Positions 61,632-64,000 of a stretch of 64,000 bases of DNA are shown here, piece after piece (positions within the stretch are counted from its first letter, which is position 1; each line of letters begins with the position of its first letter). Source of the DNA: Candidatus Poribacteria bacterium (GTDB taxonomy: Bacteria; Poribacteria; WGA-4E; WGA-3G); assembly GCA_965205025.1 (NCBI GenBank), contig CBDBFU010000032.1:96001-160000 (forward strand). The letters run 5' to 3'. The position numbers were made by a program, and so were the translations under genes. The notes under the pieces were generated by a model. The model did no database searches. It worked only from the letters and a program-made list of their open reading frames with translations, and was not told where the DNA came from.

Positions 61632-62651
61632 TTAATCGATTTTAACTCTAACTTCTCGTTTTTCTATCCAGGATTCGACAATAGCTTCTGTTATCCGCAT
61701 CGCCTGCAAACCATCACGACCTGTTGGTTCGGGTAATTGATCATTCAGTAAATCATCTACTAAGGCTGCCATCCGTAAAGCAAAAGTTCCATCAAATGCA
61801 AGTTGTTCCATCCTGAATATTGATGGACGATATTCTTCTACAACTTGATTGTCTCTTTTCATGAGTGTAGCTTTACTTAAGACATTATCAACAACAATCT
61901 CTCCCGACGCACCACAGATCTCTAATCGTTCAATTGGATGTATAAAATCGCTATCCCAACTTGCTAATAATGTAGCAACTTTTTCACTGTCATAGCGTAA
62001 AGAAATAGCCATACTTGTAAAGCACGCATCCTCACCATCGCGGGCTTCATGCTGACGGGGTTTTGCCATCTGAACACAAACGGCAACAATCTCTCCTCCA
62101 AACCAACGTAATATATCAAGCGCATGCGTTTGCAATTCATAGAGCAAATAATATTCACCTTTCCACGTTGATGCAGGACCTCCTTGAGAGAGTTTCATAT
62201 CTAAGTAATATACCTCGTCAATATCTCCAGCATCAAACCACTTCCTTGCCTGTACATAGCCTGGAGCAAACCTACGGTTATAGTCAATTGCAAGATATAC
62301 ACCCATTTCATCTGCCTTAGTCACCATCTGTTCCGCTTCATCAATTTTCAATGATAATGGTTTTTCTGATATAACATGCTTTCCTGCATCCAGACATTCC
62401 ATTACAGGTTCAAAATGTAAATGGTCTGCAGTGACTACATCCACAAGATCACATTCTTCATTTTCAAGCATCTCTTTAATTGAAGGATACCACTTCCCAA
62501 TACCGAGTTCTTCTGCACGAGCTTGTGCTTTATCTTTATCTATATCACAAACCGCAACCAATTCAGCACCTTGATGCTGGAGATAACCACGTTGATGTAA
62601 TAATCCAATACCTCCACAACCGACAGCCGCAATCTTCAATTTTCCTGCCAT
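61632..62651 (-). CDS. Gfo/Idh/MocA family oxidoreductase
   Basis: VGCGGIG Rossmann motif, AGKHVISEKP, NRRF.P and H..D.LRW. Confidence 0.92.
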   Translation of the reverse strand: MAGKLKIAAVGCGGIGLLHQRGYLQHQGAELVAVCDIDKDKAQARAEELGIGKWYPSIKEMLENEECDLVDVVTADHLHFEPVMECLDAGKHVISEKPLSLKIDEAEQMVTKADEMGVYLAIDYNRRFAPGYVQARKWFDAGDIDEVYYLDMKLSQGGPASTWKGEYYLLYELQTHALDILRWFGGEIVAVCVQMAKPRQHEARDGEDACFTSMAISLRYDSEKVATLLASWDSDFIHPIERLEICGASGEIVVDNVLSKATLMKRDNQVVEEYRPSIFRMEQLAFDGTFALRMAALVDDLLNDQLPEPTGRDGLQAMRITEAIVESWIEKREVRVKID

Positions 62652-62801
62652 AATCATATCCCTCTTTGTGTTGTTAGTCACAAAATATAACTAATCCTAT
62701 ATACATAATAAAAAATATAAAAGAAAATAGCAAGATATATTGGTGGATATAAGATGCTTCATGCGATACTGTTTAAATAAGAATCGCAATTCTTCTCTTC
62801 T

Positions 62802-62826
62802 GTAGGAGCGATCTCCGAATCGCGAC
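62802..62826 (+). repeat. GTAG-type REP
   Basis: GTAGGAGCGATCTCCGAATCGCGAC, with hairpin GCGAT/ATCGC. Confidence 0.6.
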
Positions 62827-62855
62827 CTGTGATGTAGCATTATTTATAGGTCAAG

Positions 62856-64000
62856 TTAGACTTCTTCTGAGTTGAATAAGAAACCATCATTAACATAATC
62901 AACACAAACTGCATCACCCTCTTTGAATTTACCTTCTAAGATATCAACTGCTAAGGGGTTGAGTATATCTCGTTGGATTGTTCGTCTGAGGGGTCGGGCT
63001 CCGTAGACTGTATCAAACCCTCGATTTACCAATTCTGTAGTAGCATTATCAGTTAATGATAGTGTCATTTCTTTCTCTGCAATTCGATCACTCAGTTGAG
63101 AAAGCTCAAGTGTAACAATCTGTTTTAACTCTTCAATTCCTAAACGCTCAAAGATTATAAGGTCATCAATACGGTTAAGAAATTCTGGAGGGAAATGTGA
63201 TTGTAATGCCTCCATAACTTTTTTACGAATATCATCAGGGGCAAGATGTGAATCGCTAATCCATTGACTGCCAATGTTAGATGTCATTATCACCACTGTA
63301 TTTTTAAAATCTACAGTACGTCCCTGTCCATCGGTCATTCTGCCATCATCAAGCATTTGTAAAAGGACATTAAACACTTCTGGATGTGCCTTTTCCACTT
63401 CATCAAGTAGAATTACAGAATAGGGTTTCCGTCTCACTGCTTCGGTTAGTTGCCCCCCTTCATCATAACCTACATATCCCGGTGGAGCTCCGATCAGGCG
63501 TGAAACAGTATGTTTCTCCATATACTCACTCATATCAATACGAACCATTGCATTAACATCGTCAAATAGGAATTCAGCCAGTGATTTGGCAAGATGTGTT
63601 TTACCAACCCCTGTTGGTCCCATAAACAAGAATGAACCTAATGGACGATCCGGATCACCAAGACCAACACGAGAACGTCTTATCGCATGAGATACTGCAG
63701 ATACAGCTTCAGATTGTCCAATGACATTTTCACATAGACGGTCTTCCATGTGGAGCAATTTTTCTGTTTCTCCTTCCATCAGACGGAAAACAGGAATTCC
63801 CGTCCATTTTGCCACTATTTCTGCAATATCTTCCGCACCGACACGTTCTTTTAATATATGTGTACCATTCAATTGGTCTTCTACAACTTCTCTAATAGAC
63901 TTTAGCCGTGTTTCAAGTTCTGGAATTTTACCGTATTCCAGTTCAGAGGCTTTTGTAAGATCACCTGTTCGTTTTGCTTGTTCTGATCCTTTACGTAAGA
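62856..64000 (-). CDS. clpB: ATP-dependent chaperone ClpB, C-terminal part (continues beyond the window)
   Basis: M-domain end [18 protein letters not shown]; NBD2 motifs [32 protein letters not shown] and GARPLRR. Confidence 0.95.
   Translation of the reverse strand, partial: LRKGSEQAKRTGDLTKASELEYGKIPELETRLKSIREVVEDQLNGTHILKERVGAEDIAEIVAKWTGIPVFRLMEGETEKLLHMEDRLCENVIGQSEAVSAVSHAIRRSRVGLGDPDRPLGSFLFMGPTGVGKTHLAKSLAEFLFDDVNAMVRIDMSEYMEKHTVSRLIGAPPGYVGYDEGGQLTEAVRRKPYSVILLDEVEKAHPEVFNVLLQMLDDGRMTDGQGRTVDFKNTVVIMTSNIGSQWISDSHLAPDDIRKKVMEALQSHFPPEFLNRIDDLIIFERLGIEELKQIVTLELSQLSDRIAEKEMTLSLTDNATTELVNRGFDTVYGARPLRRTIQRDILNPLAVDILEGKFKEGDAVCVDYVNDGFLFNSEEV

Overview
AT-rich bacterial chromosomal window. 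The gene content (many secreted WD40/LRR proteins with an LPxGAxxRLGKG cap, a PhyH dioxygenase, GH127 and a PorU/PorV-like pair) is reminiscent of Candidatus Poribacteria; this is an inference, not a database result. Housekeeping genes: glyA, folC, a frameshifted K+-dependent membrane pyrophosphatase, ilvD, a RluA/RluD pseudouridine synthase, mutL and the 3' part of clpB. Accessory content: eight WD40 paralogs (five in tandem), a peptidoglycan-recycling cluster (serine hydrolase, namZ, anmK), a 2141-aa C25/PorU-like protease next to a PorV-like barrel, and two IS4(IS231-like) copies. The most interesting signals are non-coding: (1) a circularly permuted tRNA mimic (YrlA-type Y RNA) behind a perfect TTGACA/TATAAT promoter, with no Ro60/rsr gene in the window (51021-51143, minus); (2) a second promoter-driven ~135-nt structured RNA with a 6S-like rod fold (45597-45730, minus); (3) a nested set of small repeats in which MITE shells carry exchangeable REP hairpin cores, a 34-bp mini-element inserts into REP hairpins without a target duplication, and an IS4 is flanked by a perfect 20-bp duplication of a whole REP hairpin. 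There is also an orphan HEPN/DUF86-like protein that appears catalytically dead. No CRISPR array, rRNA or canonical tRNA was found.
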